From assembly GCA_025774405.1 (NCBI GenBank), contig JALGWB010000001.1, positions 16,609-80,608 on the forward strand: a DNA stretch of 64,000 nucleotides. The letters are read 5' to 3'. Positions within the stretch are counted from its first letter, which is position 1. Every line of letters starts with the position of its first letter. Positions 35,304 to 45,539 of the stretch are shown piece after piece. This DNA comes from a bacterium. GTDB lineage: Bacteria; Arandabacterota; Arandabacteria; Arandabacterales; Arandabacteraceae. Both the position numbers and the translations under genes were made by a program. The notes below the pieces were generated by a model. It was not told the DNA's origin. It saw nothing but the letters and a program-made list of their open reading frames with translations, and did no database searches.

Positions 35304-36781
35304 TGCAAATTGGTCTTTTGCTTAGCTCCAAACACCATGCTGAGATGTTAGCATCTGGTAACAAGACCATGCTCATCAGAGCGAGGCGTTTCTACCGCTA
35401 TGTCCGCATACCAGTCTACCTGCTGGCTGATCAGAAGTGTTATGCCAAGATGGTTCTTGGGTCTCCCCAAAAAATAGACCTGAGTGGGTTTAGAGCATTG
35501 CGGAGTCAACACAGAGTAACTGAAAAGGAAAGGGAGCAACAGTGGCCTGACGAACTAGACTTCTACAGCTATAAAGTCCAGGTTCTCGAAACTTACGATC
35601 CGCCTAAGAAGGTTAAGTTCCCTCCCACCTCTCAGGCTTGGGTACGCCATTGGGAATGGTTAGACCGCCCTCCCAAGGAGCTCCATCTTGAGAAGGTGGC
35701 TGACCTAGAACACTATCATCCGTCCAAGATTCCTGACACAGCACGCGGCAGTGCTATCCTCAGGGACGACGCTCGGCTACTCTTGGCCTACTGGTCGTCA
35801 AAACGGTCAGGCAAGGATGTCAAATATACCTACGACCTCTTGGAGCAGAAGTACACAGCCATCCTCCGTGAACTCGTTCGCAGGAGAGCAGCTCAGTTCA
35901 GTCCTCAGAACTATAAGCCTCATGCTAGAGATCTATTTGACAGAGCTGCGCGAACCCTCCAGTTGGAAGGTATTACTGTCCCACTCAGAAAGAGCTCGCA
36001 TCTGAAAGGACTCACAGCCCTCCAGAATATGACGGATAAGGAACTCCTGGCTCACCATGACCACTTGCATCAAATGTATGCTGAGGGCAAAGTGACTAAG
36101 GAGAGCATCGTCAATGCTCATATCTTTGCAGTCCAGGCAATGAGACATAGGGGCCTATCTCACAAGATCGAGGATGACCTTGACAGGGAGCTCCAGGGAT
36201 CTGCTGCATCACGCCTCGTCCCCTTCGTCATCATAGACTCAATGGTTTGTCAAACTGGCTCTTCTGTCTACGACATCAGGCCCCCTCACGACTGCGACTT
36301 AGTGATACGCAGCGATGAGGAAGACTCCAAGATGACCGCAGCTATCCTTAAGGCCGTTAACCTCCCTCCATCAACCATCCACCGTATTTATGAACCCAGA
36401 GGCCCCTCCTTTGACTATGTGGCCCTCCTGGATTATGTAGCAGTGCCAGTAGCCTGGAAAGGTACCTGGACGAAGAAGAGCATCCGCCCCGAGGACATCC
36501 CCGAACACTCTTGGGCTATCTATCGGCAGTTGCCTCCTGCCGTCTTAGTCCACGACCCCTTCGTCACTCAAAGCAACAATACTTTCTACGTCCGAGATGC
36601 TCGCCGCAACACTGGCATTGAGATCAAGCTCACCAGGCTGTTAGCGGCTAACCTCTCCTTCCGATGGCGCGGGGAGGACGAAGCCATGGCAGGAACGCCG
36701 CTCTTTAAGTCTTTCCTGATTCCACATATACCTCTGAGGAGGGCCAAAGTCGATGAGCCTTTCTTCCGAAGATACTACTGA
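35303..36781 (+). CDS. hypothetical protein (possible minor head / morphogenesis protein)
   Basis: 492-aa ORF following the portal, start overlapping its stop. Confidence 0.45.
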   Translation: MQIGLLLSSKHHAEMLASGNKTMLIRARRFYRYVRIPVYLLADQKCYAKMVLGSPQKIDLSGFRALRSQHRVTEKEREQQWPDELDFYSYKVQVLETYDPPKKVKFPPTSQAWVRHWEWLDRPPKELHLEKVADLEHYHPSKIPDTARGSAILRDDARLLLAYWSSKRSGKDVKYTYDLLEQKYTAILRELVRRRAAQFSPQNYKPHARDLFDRAARTLQLEGITVPLRKSSHLKGLTALQNMTDKELLAHHDHLHQMYAEGKVTKESIVNAHIFAVQAMRHRGLSHKIEDDLDRELQGSAASRLVPFVIIDSMVCQTGSSVYDIRPPHDCDLVIRSDEEDSKMTAAILKAVNLPPSTIHRIYEPRGPSFDYVALLDYVAVPVAWKGTWTKKSIRPEDIPEHSWAIYRQLPPAVLVHDPFVTQSNNTFYVRDARRNTGIEIKLTRLLAANLSFRWRGEDEAMAGTPLFKSFLIPHIPLRRAKVDEPFFRRYY

Positions 36782-37865
36782 GATTCGTGGTCTCCTGTAT
36801 CGAGATAGGCAGACTAAGGTGGCATTAAGGTTTCTCAAAAGGATAAATGTATCCCTAGAAGCCATTAGGCGAAACCTCGCAAGAGCAGAGGAGGCCCTTG
36901 CGGATGAGCCTCTATCTAGCAATGTGAGACTTCTAGCCGGCAAGTTTCTGCTAGCGGAGGAAGACATCCCTCTGGAGGATTTGGGTATTCTGACAAAGAC
37001 TCCAAATCTAGCCAGCATCATCATTCTGAACTACAATACTCTCAAGATCACCTCTGACTGTATCAAAAGCGTTCTAGCCTTGACTGAATACCCTGCGGAG
37101 ATGATAGTAGTTGATAACGGCAGCACGGATGGCAGTGTGGCCTGGCTCAAGAAACAGAATTACCTAACTTTGATATCTAACAAGAATAACCGTGGCTGGA
37201 CTGCCGCAAACAATCAGGGCATCAGAGTCTCCAAAGGGGCCTACTGCCTGTTACTTAACAGCGATACCATTGTGAGGACAAGGGGCTGGCTCAAAGCCAT
37301 GATTCGCCTCGCTCAGCCCCCTGACGTGGCGACGGTCGGGGCCAAGCTTCTTTACCAAGATGGTACCATTCAGCATATAGGGGGCAGCATCCACGACGTC
37401 AATCCCTTCCATCCCTTTGACGGAGCGCCTGCCGACATTCCCGAATCACTTAAAGTCAGAGAAGTCCCTTTCAACACGGGGGCCTGTCTCCTTATCAAGA
37501 AATCCGTCATCGAGCGGGTGGGCTTACTTGACGAGAAATATGTGTTCGGTTATGGTGATGTGGACTATGGCTTGAGGTGTCTTGAGGCAGGATTTAGGAA
37601 TCTCTACTGTCCATCGTCTATCCTAACTCATCTCTGGGCTTACACTCAGCGAAAAACAGGCAAGTGGATTCCATCTGAGAGCTTTGCCAGGTACAAACAG
37701 AAGTGGACTGACAAGACGCCCGCTCTCTCTAAAAAGGTTGACATGGATTTCAGGTGGCCTGATTCTGCACAGTATATCAGAAGGACTGGTCCGGGCAGTC
37801 ATATAGCAACTATTCGCAAGAAGGAGAGCGCTATGACCTGGGGGGCATTAAATGAAAACCAATGA
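36753..37865 (+). CDS. family-2 (GT-A fold) glycosyltransferase
   Basis: IIILNYNT...EMIVVDNGSTDGS...NRGWTAANNQG...LLNSDT, the typical GT2 N-terminal block. Confidence 0.75.
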   Translation: MSLSSEDTTEIRGLLYRDRQTKVALRFLKRINVSLEAIRRNLARAEEALADEPLSSNVRLLAGKFLLAEEDIPLEDLGILTKTPNLASIIILNYNTLKITSDCIKSVLALTEYPAEMIVVDNGSTDGSVAWLKKQNYLTLISNKNNRGWTAANNQGIRVSKGAYCLLLNSDTIVRTRGWLKAMIRLAQPPDVATVGAKLLYQDGTIQHIGGSIHDVNPFHPFDGAPADIPESLKVREVPFNTGACLLIKKSVIERVGLLDEKYVFGYGDVDYGLRCLEAGFRNLYCPSSILTHLWAYTQRKTGKWIPSESFARYKQKWTDKTPALSKKVDMDFRWPDSAQYIRRTGPGSHIATIRKKESAMTWGALNENQ

Positions 37866-38703
37866 GTTTGAGCCTAAAGTCTTTGTCAAGAACGCAAAGG
37901 AATCTGGGCAGCAGGTATCTCTAACCATGGTCACCTTTAATCGGTGGAATCTCACTCAGCAGAGTCTCTCTTCCATTTTCGAGCACACTCATCTGCCATA
38001 CATTCTGACTGTTGTCGATAACGGGAGCTGGGACGAGACGAGGGAAAACCTACAGGAACTCAGGCGGTCTGGTAAGATTAACAGATTGATTCTTCTCCCC
38101 GAGAACCGAGGCATTGACATGGGGAAGAACTTCGGCCTGCGAGCTACCCAGGGCCAGGCTAGCTGGTACTGCTGTATCGACAACGATATCAGAGTCAGTC
38201 CCTACTGGCTCAGCTACCTCTGCTATACATCTACTCTCCCTCGCCTTGGCATAATCGGCTGCAATGTTCAGGGATTTGGCACTCCTGGAGGCCCGAGCTG
38301 GTTTACACCCACGCACTGGAAAACTGTGAAAGGAGTTGTCCTAGACAACTGCCCTAATCCAGGTGGAATCTATGTCATCAGTGCAACTACATTCGAGAAG
38401 CTAGGCTTCTTCGTTGAGAGGGGCCTCTACGGTCTAGGGGACAGCCAATACTACTCACGGGAGTTTCAACATGGCCTCAGAAGCGTCTATGTGAGAAATG
38501 TCGATTGCAGAGAGATACCTGATGAGGACTTTGTGATGGCAGACGGTACGTCGTATAGGACTTTCAAGGCGACTTCTCACAACTCTATGCGTCAGAAGGT
38601 CAGAGAAATGGCATCTCAAGGCATTGATATCCACCCAAAGCATTACGAGACTAGAGTAACGGCCCAAGAAGTTGAGAAGTATACCTGGACGCCAGAATCA
38701 TGA
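37852..38703 (+). CDS. family-2 glycosyltransferase
   Basis: VSLTMVTFNRWNL...LTVVDNGSWDET...ENRGIDMGKNFG. Confidence 0.7.
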   Translation: MKTNEFEPKVFVKNAKESGQQVSLTMVTFNRWNLTQQSLSSIFEHTHLPYILTVVDNGSWDETRENLQELRRSGKINRLILLPENRGIDMGKNFGLRATQGQASWYCCIDNDIRVSPYWLSYLCYTSTLPRLGIIGCNVQGFGTPGGPSWFTPTHWKTVKGVVLDNCPNPGGIYVISATTFEKLGFFVERGLYGLGDSQYYSREFQHGLRSVYVRNVDCREIPDEDFVMADGTSYRTFKATSHNSMRQKVREMASQGIDIHPKHYETRVTAQEVEKYTWTPES

Positions 38704-38729
38704 CCTTAGATACTTAGGGGTCCCCAACT

Positions 38730-39206
38730 ATGATTTTAGATGCAGGATCAGGCATGGCATCGAACCCAAGAGCCAACATACTCATGGACAAATATCTTCA
38801 AGGAGACAGTACCTCTCGTATAACGGGCACTCTTATGATTCGCAAAGGACAGACTATGATTTGTGGTGACCTTGAGGCCATGCCATTTCTGGATAAGTCC
38901 TTCGACATTGTTATTTGCTCTCAGACGCTCGAACATGTTGATAATCCTGAGAAAGCCTGTGCTGAGTTGGTGCGGGTAGGAAGGAGTGGTTTCATAACTG
39001 CGCCAAACGAGACAGTAGAAAGGCGTCGATATGAGCGTCGCGAGAAGCTCTATCACAAGTGGCTTATCAAGCAACGGGGCACTCACCTCGACTTCTATCT
39101 CAGAAGTCTCGTTCCAAGCCTCCCGATGATGGAGCATCCTAGCCAGGGCGTGGATATGGCTTGGAAAGGGAGCTTCACTTGGTCAGTGTTCAGAGAATCG
39201 CCATGA
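38730..39206 (+). CDS. class I SAM-dependent methyltransferase (Methyltransf_11-like)
   Basis: LEAMPFLDKSFDIVICSQTLEHVDNPEKACAEL post-motif II/III block. Confidence 0.6.
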   Translation: MILDAGSGMASNPRANILMDKYLQGDSTSRITGTLMIRKGQTMICGDLEAMPFLDKSFDIVICSQTLEHVDNPEKACAELVRVGRSGFITAPNETVERRRYERREKLYHKWLIKQRGTHLDFYLRSLVPSLPMMEHPSQGVDMAWKGSFTWSVFRESP

Positions 39207-40195
39207 CAAGACTCCCCAGAGTCCTATTCGTTAGCATAGCTCCGTCTCTCCACACGGAGTTCTGGGCTGCTGGCTTTATGAAGGCCCTTCGCAAAGTTGC
39301 CGTTCCACTGGCTTTCCCTTTCAGGAAAATGGCTCATGACCACGGGGCAGCCTACATGAACGAGACGCTAGTGGAAACTGCTCTGGAGTTTCGTCCTGAC
39401 CTGATCTTTATTAGGAAGGGGGAAAGCATTCTCGGCTCTAGCATTAAGACGCTCAGGGATTCCCTGCCTGCTTATATCATCTACTATTGTGGGGACTTCC
39501 GTCTCAATCCAGTCTCCTTCATCGTCGATATTGGACGATACGCAGATTGTACCATTTTCAACAACGAGGACGAGAAGGTTGCTGATAGATATCAGGTTGC
39601 GGGTGTGAGACATGTGGGTCCTTGGTGGGACGGTGGAATTGACCCAGAAGTCTTTTGCCCGCAAGACGTACCCAGAGCCTGGGACCTAGCCTTCATGGGC
39701 ACTAACGTCCCCTTGCCTCACAGGGGCTATCAGGTACGTCGCCAACTACTGGAGGCTATCGTCGAGAGTAACTACTCTCTTCACATCTTCGGTGGGGCTG
39801 AAGGCTGGAAGTACCTCCACACGAATACCCACCCGTTCGTTTATGGCCCTGCTTTCGCTAAGGCCTGTTCTCAATCGCGTATCACTCTGGGCGTCAATGG
39901 AGTGAACGACATGTATCTGTATGCTTCCTGGCAACGTACTTTCAAGTCAATGGCCAGTGGAGCGTTTCACCTTACTCACTATGTCCCTGGACTGGAGACG
40001 TTCTTTGAGAACCGCAAGCATCTGGTCTGGTTCATCTCCATACCTGAGGCGATGAGTCTCATTGCTTACTATCTCACTCACGACGAGGAACGTGAAGAAA
40101 TAGCCATGGCAGGCCGACAGGAGGTTCTTGCTCACTTCACTTGGGACGATGCTGTCGCAAGGCTTATGAGGATTTGGCAAAGTGACTGCTGTTGA
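39161..40195 (+). CDS. CgeB-like / GT1-type glycosyltransferase
   Basis: C-terminal FKSMASGAFHLTHYVPGLETFFENRKHLVWFISIPEAMSLIAYYLTHDEEREEIAMAGRQEVLAHFTWD parallels the CgeB/DUF3880 spore-glycosylation family. Confidence 0.55.
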   Translation: MERELHLVSVQRIAMTRLPRVLFVSIAPSLHTEFWAAGFMKALRKVAVPLAFPFRKMAHDHGAAYMNETLVETALEFRPDLIFIRKGESILGSSIKTLRDSLPAYIIYYCGDFRLNPVSFIVDIGRYADCTIFNNEDEKVADRYQVAGVRHVGPWWDGGIDPEVFCPQDVPRAWDLAFMGTNVPLPHRGYQVRRQLLEAIVESNYSLHIFGGAEGWKYLHTNTHPFVYGPAFAKACSQSRITLGVNGVNDMYLYASWQRTFKSMASGAFHLTHYVPGLETFFENRKHLVWFISIPEAMSLIAYYLTHDEEREEIAMAGRQEVLAHFTWDDAVARLMRIWQSDCC

Positions 40196-40865
40196 ACAAT
40201 ACCGTAGGGACTTCGCCACGTACATGAGCCTTCCTGGAGCTGAGAGGTGTAGACTCCAAATGTATCCTCGTCTTGAGGATAAGACCGCATCAACTCCCCT
40301 GGATGCCTATTACTTTCGACAAGATACCTGGGCGTTCAAGCGGATAGTAGACCTCAAGCCTAGCAGCATAGTAGATGTAGGATCGACTGCGCTCCTCGTG
40401 GGAATTCTTGCCCAGATGTTTCCTACAACGAGTATCGATATAAGGCCCATTCCAGTATCTCTTCCTGGATTAACATGTAGGCAAGGCTCGATCACTAATC
40501 TCCCCTTCAAAGACGCCTCAGTTGAGCTCCTGAGCAGCCTATGTGTGATAGAGCATATAGGTCTAGGTCGATACGGCGACAAGCTCGATCCGCTCGGTAG
40601 CATCAAAGCCTGCAAGGAGATCTCGAGGGTGCTCAAGCCTGGTGGACATTTCATAATGAGCACTCAAGTGAGTCATACCCCTGCCCTCTGCTTCAATGCG
40701 CACCGAATCTTCACGCAGGCCCAAGTTCTGGATATGTTGCCAGCCTTCTCGGTAACGGATGAGGCGTTCTTCTTCCCTCGGCCTGGCAATGCAGAAGACA
40801 TAGAGGCACTCACGGGTTTCAGGTTCTGCTTCTGGTGCGTAGACTTGGTTAAGGAGTCAGCATGA
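40182..40865 (+). CDS. SAM-dependent methyltransferase (DUF268-like)
   Basis: VDVGSTALLVGILAQ (motif I-like) ... LKPGGHFIMST. Confidence 0.55.
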   Translation: MTAVEQYRRDFATYMSLPGAERCRLQMYPRLEDKTASTPLDAYYFRQDTWAFKRIVDLKPSSIVDVGSTALLVGILAQMFPTTSIDIRPIPVSLPGLTCRQGSITNLPFKDASVELLSSLCVIEHIGLGRYGDKLDPLGSIKACKEISRVLKPGGHFIMSTQVSHTPALCFNAHRIFTQAQVLDMLPAFSVTDEAFFFPRPGNAEDIEALTGFRFCFWCVDLVKESA

Positions 40866-41665
40866 CGCTCTCGGTTGTAACTCCTAGCTACATTAACAAC
40901 CAGCAACGAGCTGATTGGGCCAGAGACTCTCTGGCTTCCCTCAGGGAAACTATCGGCGACGGCTACTTACATGTTGTGGTGCTTGACAAATCCCTTGAAT
41001 GGAATATTATTGCTCAGGCAATCTATAACCAGCCTAATGTAATGCTCATGCAGCGTCCCAAGCCTCTTGGCAATACTTCAGCTTTGCTAAAGGCCGTGAA
41101 GGAATCTCGCAAGTTGGGAGCAGATCTCTGTTTTGTCCATATGGACGATAACATCTATGTCCCCGAATTCGGACCTCTTCTCAGATATGCCCAGGACGCT
41201 TTCAGCAACGATAGGGAGTTGCAAGAAGTGCTCTTTGTTGGCTACCCGATCCTTATAAAGAGGCATAGCAAACCACTTCTTGGCAATCGCACAGGCCTAA
41301 CTATCGAGGAGAATCAAGTCTCTTTCGATACCATACAGTTGCACCCTACTCGCTGTACGGATTATACTCTCTGGTGGTCTTATTTTCATGACCGAATGGT
41401 GGACGGGCGATTTTGGGCAGTTGTCATGTGGATGGCTCTCTACCGAGCTGAGTTCTTGGAGAGTGTCCTTACACTTGCCCCTACGGGCCGGACGCTTGGT
41501 CAGGTTGAATCTTACTACAGAAACAGAAGCAACTGGGAGAGACTATCCCATCGCTTTCCAGGAAAGCTCGGTTACATAAACATGCAGTTCGGCGGTTTGG
41601 AGATGCACCATCATAGTCAGGAATGGTGTGAGATGATCCGTTTTCCTAATACGCCTGTGAGGTGA
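40862..41665 (+). CDS. GT-A-like glycosyltransferase (DxD HMDDN)
   Basis: LSVVTPSYINNQQR...VHMDDNIYVP layout resembles GT-A enzymes. Confidence 0.45.
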   Translation: MTLSVVTPSYINNQQRADWARDSLASLRETIGDGYLHVVVLDKSLEWNIIAQAIYNQPNVMLMQRPKPLGNTSALLKAVKESRKLGADLCFVHMDDNIYVPEFGPLLRYAQDAFSNDRELQEVLFVGYPILIKRHSKPLLGNRTGLTIEENQVSFDTIQLHPTRCTDYTLWWSYFHDRMVDGRFWAVVMWMALYRAEFLESVLTLAPTGRTLGQVESYYRNRSNWERLSHRFPGKLGYINMQFGGLEMHHHSQEWCEMIRFPNTPVR

Positions 41666-41701
41666 GACATATAGGAGAAGACTTACCTGTGAGGTGAAGG
41701 A

Positions 41702-42340
41702 ATGACTTACAGAGAGAATCCAGAACTAGGTCAGGACATGGTTAAGTTTGCCTTTCATCGTTGGCAGCAAGGAGAATATCTCTTAGAGCCTCCTCAGCGT
41801 CAAATCTACGAGAATATTGCGGTCAGAGCGAAAGGCAAGACGGTCTGTGATATAGGCTCTGGAGCGGGACTGGGAACTACTATCCTAGCACAAAGGGCTC
41901 AGTCAGTTATTGGCATCGAGAAGGTTGCGTCTTCCGTCAGGTTCTCTAGGAAATGTCATCCCCTAACAAATGTGCAGTTTCTGAATGAGGATATAGGGAA
42001 GTGCTCTCTTTCTGACAACAGTTTCGATGTAGTGGTGGCGGTTGAGGTGATAGAGCATATCGCAAACTACCAGGCAGCACTGGATCAGATGGCTCGAATT
42101 CTGAAAGAGTCTGGAACCCTATACATCTCGTCTCCTAACAGGAATCAAGATATTAGAGGAGGAGCGTCAGGCGCAGGCCCGCCAAGGAACAAGTATCATG
42201 TTCGAGAGTGGACAGCCGAGGAGTTTCGGCATATTCTTCTCTCGCGCTTCAGTCAGGTTAGGCTTTCTGACTATACCCTTGACCCTTGCCTAGACTCCTG
42301 TACGCGAGTCTCGCCAGTTATCGCGATCTGTCGAATATGA
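41702..42340 (+). CDS. class I SAM-dependent methyltransferase
   Basis: Motif I VCDIGSGAGLGT, then FDVVVAVEVIEHIANYQAAL...LKESGTLYISSPN. Confidence 0.7.
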   Translation: MTYRENPELGQDMVKFAFHRWQQGEYLLEPPQRQIYENIAVRAKGKTVCDIGSGAGLGTTILAQRAQSVIGIEKVASSVRFSRKCHPLTNVQFLNEDIGKCSLSDNSFDVVVAVEVIEHIANYQAALDQMARILKESGTLYISSPNRNQDIRGGASGAGPPRNKYHVREWTAEEFRHILLSRFSQVRLSDYTLDPCLDSCTRVSPVIAICRI

Positions 42341-43005
42341 GAACTCTGTGGATCGTTATTCCAGCAAAAGATGAGGCTGCTACTATTGCAGACCTAGTTG
42401 CCGAAGCCGCCCACTACGGAACGGTGTTAGTAGTTACCAGTGGGCCTTCAGACGATACTGGCCCAAGAGCTGCCAGCGCGGGAGCCCAGGTAATCTACAA
42501 CGGCCAGAGCATTGCAGGAAAGATAGTCACTGGCTGGCAGAGAGCCCTCGACAACAATGCGACACGAGTCATAGTCATGGATGCAGGCGGATCGCATAGG
42601 CCATCAGATATCCCCCGTCTCCTGGCAGCAGAGGCTGACATCGTAATAGGCAGTCGGTTTGTGGCTGGAGGCCAATATCATGGCAGATCGTGGCGCAGGG
42701 TATGCAGTCAAGTCATGGCTCTGCTCTGCAACCTAGCCCAACCAGGTAAACAGGTCCATGACTGGTCTAGCGGCTTCAGGTGTTATTCGGTAGAAGCAAT
42801 TGGGCAGCTACTAGCCGTCCATTATAAATCTGATATGCACGCTTGGCAAATCGAGGTGCTAGGCTGGGCTAGGCGCTTGCACCTTTCAGTTGAGGAAGTC
42901 CCTATACAGTATACTGCTGGGCACTCGTCTCTCTCCTGGGATGGGGCTCTCAGGGCTCTCAATATATTGTTAGACATCTTGCTCCGCAGGTGGGTAGTCG
43001 GATGA
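42286..43005 (+). CDS. family-2 glycosyltransferase, DPM1/GtrB-like (polyprenyl-phosphate sugar transferase type)
   Basis: LWIVIPAKDEAATI...VVTSGPSDDTG...RVIVMDAGGSHRPSDIPRLL...DIVIGSRF. Confidence 0.7.
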   Translation: MPRLLYASLASYRDLSNMRTLWIVIPAKDEAATIADLVAEAAHYGTVLVVTSGPSDDTGPRAASAGAQVIYNGQSIAGKIVTGWQRALDNNATRVIVMDAGGSHRPSDIPRLLAAEADIVIGSRFVAGGQYHGRSWRRVCSQVMALLCNLAQPGKQVHDWSSGFRCYSVEAIGQLLAVHYKSDMHAWQIEVLGWARRLHLSVEEVPIQYTAGHSSLSWDGALRALNILLDILLRRWVVG

Positions 43006-44075
43006 TATTCTACCTTGATACATACATTACTGACGAGCCTCTCCATCCTGCGTTTGTTTGGCCAAACAGGGAGATCAGGAACTCCTGTCCCCAGTATAAG
43101 ATGCCACGGAGAATAGATATCACAAAGTACACGCTTGCGAGTTATAAGATGATTCCGTGGACACATGTTGTCATCGCATACGATGTTGCTGATAAGGATG
43201 ATGAAAGCACGTTCCTGGACTTTGTGCAAGAAGTTTTCCCAGACGCAGATGTTAGTCGGCCTCGCTCCTCTAACCAGAAGACGTACAGGGCAAGAGTGGA
43301 GCAAGTTTGCAGTTTTGAGGATGACTTCATCTTTTATGCACCTAACAACGATCATCCCCTCATAGCAAGCAATCTCAATCACCTGCCCAAGTTACTCAAA
43401 AAGGCTTCAAGGTTCTCACAAAACTACCCATTTGTCTCCGTTGTCTACTCGCACTTCAGTGAGTTCGTCAACGCGCCTGTCGTTGGGAGTCCTTTCTACA
43501 GACAGTTCTCTAGCGACTCACGCATAGTAGAAGACGACGAGATTGCTACGAGCTTTGTGAGATTCAATGGCGACAACTCTTCTATCCAGATCGTCAATAG
43601 GAATCTCCTGCAACACTGGTTTTGCTCACATGATCTCGGTGATGCCAGAATCATCAGAGCAGAAGATGTTCGCAGGTTTCTTCCAACTCCTAACCAGTTG
43701 ATGATAGTGCCCAAGAAGGAGCTCTGTGCGCACTTTGACGGCTACTCGCATACAACTGGTATCACTAAGATCAGTCCTGACCAGATTCCTCCTCTATTCA
43801 TTCCAACAGGGTTCTTCGACAGCTCGATTCGGATCGCCTACGGATATCCAGAATACCGAGATGGCTGGGTAAACATAAACCCTTCTGCGAGGGATTTCAG
43901 TTTCCGCGACCGAAAGACGGGCACAGATCTGAAAATTGGTCTTCAGGACATACCTCTTTTCTGGAAGAGCAGAATCGCAGAAATAGACATCAATGTGAAT
44001 GCCGACCTCGAGCGAATTAAGGAGGGCAGAGAGAAATACTTTGAGACAGTTCGTAACCCCTGGAGGAAAGCCTAG
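42990..44075 (+). CDS. hypothetical protein inside the glycosylation cluster
   Basis: 361-aa ORF, no motif recognised. Confidence 0.45.
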   Translation: MGSRMIFYLDTYITDEPLHPAFVWPNREIRNSCPQYKMPRRIDITKYTLASYKMIPWTHVVIAYDVADKDDESTFLDFVQEVFPDADVSRPRSSNQKTYRARVEQVCSFEDDFIFYAPNNDHPLIASNLNHLPKLLKKASRFSQNYPFVSVVYSHFSEFVNAPVVGSPFYRQFSSDSRIVEDDEIATSFVRFNGDNSSIQIVNRNLLQHWFCSHDLGDARIIRAEDVRRFLPTPNQLMIVPKKELCAHFDGYSHTTGITKISPDQIPPLFIPTGFFDSSIRIAYGYPEYRDGWVNINPSARDFSFRDRKTGTDLKIGLQDIPLFWKSRIAEIDINVNADLERIKEGREKYFETVRNPWRKA

Positions 44076-44650
44076 TGATCAAGTTGCATATAGGCTGTGG
44101 CCCCAGAGTGCTAAAGGGATGGATAAATATCGATCTCAAGTTCACTCCTTACCAGGCGTACCTGAAATACTACACTGACAAGTACTACCCAGAGTCCGCT
44201 AGGGGCGACAAGTCAGATTTTCTTGCACTAGATGTGTCTAGGCAGCCTTTGCCCTTTCCTGACAATTCGGTAGATGTCGTCTTCCATGAGGACTTCCTTG
44301 AGCACCTGAACCAGCGTAGCCAAGTTCTCTTCCTAGCTGATTCTCTCCGAGTCTTGAAGCCAGACTCCATTCATCGAATTGATACGCCTAACCTGTTAGC
44401 ATCGATGCGCGATCACTCTAATTTCTCCCTTGGCTTTCAGGGTGTCTATGTCCATGAGTGGGATAAGTCCAAGCATCTCAATGTATTGACCCCTAGCTCG
44501 CTTGAAGAGATGGCTCTTATGGTTGGATATTCAACAGTAGTCTTCACAGGTAGAAACCAAAGTGCGTCGCCTCTGATTCCGCCTGAGTATCGCCCTGATC
44601 CAAGAGATCGGCCCGAGAACGGAAACATCTTTGCAGATTTGGTTGCTTAG
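44075..44650 (+). CDS. SAM-dependent methyltransferase
   Basis: HIGCGPRVLKGWINID (motif I) ... LRVLKPDSIHRIDTPN. Confidence 0.55.
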   Translation: MIKLHIGCGPRVLKGWINIDLKFTPYQAYLKYYTDKYYPESARGDKSDFLALDVSRQPLPFPDNSVDVVFHEDFLEHLNQRSQVLFLADSLRVLKPDSIHRIDTPNLLASMRDHSNFSLGFQGVYVHEWDKSKHLNVLTPSSLEEMALMVGYSTVVFTGRNQSASPLIPPEYRPDPRDRPENGNIFADLVA

Positions 44651-45539
44651 GAGTAGCGCCTTGAGGATATTTGTTCTTCCTGTGTCGTCTCAGTTTCAAC
44701 CTCCTCCCATGAAGATTCTCTATCCTCCTCACAACAAGCGAGACTACGGCATTGAGCAAGACTTCGCTCAGCATCTCACAGAGCCTTCTAGTGACTGGAC
44801 GATCGCAGAGTCTTCTGACGTTGCTGATTGGCATTACCTTCCTATCTACTGGACACGTTACCATGTGACACATAACTATGCCAAGACTGGCCTAGAAGCA
44901 CTTCAGCGTGAAGTTGCCCGAAGAATCATTGACGACAAAAGGACCTTTACAATTTGCCAGTATGATGATGGGCCTTTGGTAGACCTTGGTAGAACTGTGC
45001 AGTTTCTAGGGTCTCGCAAAGGGGAAGAAGGCATCGACGTCCCTCTTCTTTCCTATCCTCATAAGCTCCCTGCAGTTGATCCCCCTAAACAGTGGTTAGC
45101 GTCTTTTGCAGGGAGACTCCGAACGCACGAGGTTCGCGCAGACATGCAGCGTGTTCTGGGGCCTCGCCAGGACATTGACATTCAGGACACACGCAAAACC
45201 AGTAGATTCTTTGTAGACTTGATCCTTCGGTCGTATGTTTCCCTCTGTCCCAGGGGATGGGGTGGCTCGTCTTTTAGGTTTTATGAATCTATGCAACTGG
45301 GAGTAGTGCCCCTTCTCATTGGCAGCATAGACACCCGCCCCTTCAAACGTTTCCTGAACTGGAGTATAATGAGTCTCTATGCTCGCACGGCCGAGGAAGC
45401 AAATGTGTCCCTCGACTCCCACACTCTGACAGAATTGCTAGAGATGGGGCGATGTGCCAAGAAAGCCTGGCATCAAGATCTATCGTTTGGGCACTGGCAC
45501 AAGTATGTGTTTCAGGAATTGGAGGCTCTATGGCATTAA
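44631..45539 (+). CDS. exostosin-like (GT47-type) glycosyltransferase
   Basis: SLCPRGWGGSSFRFYESMQLGVVPLLIG closely matches the exostosin C-terminal catalytic block. Confidence 0.6.
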   Translation: MQIWLLRSSALRIFVLPVSSQFQPPPMKILYPPHNKRDYGIEQDFAQHLTEPSSDWTIAESSDVADWHYLPIYWTRYHVTHNYAKTGLEALQREVARRIIDDKRTFTICQYDDGPLVDLGRTVQFLGSRKGEEGIDVPLLSYPHKLPAVDPPKQWLASFAGRLRTHEVRADMQRVLGPRQDIDIQDTRKTSRFFVDLILRSYVSLCPRGWGGSSFRFYESMQLGVVPLLIGSIDTRPFKRFLNWSIMSLYARTAEEANVSLDSHTLTELLEMGRCAKKAWHQDLSFGHWHKYVFQELEALWH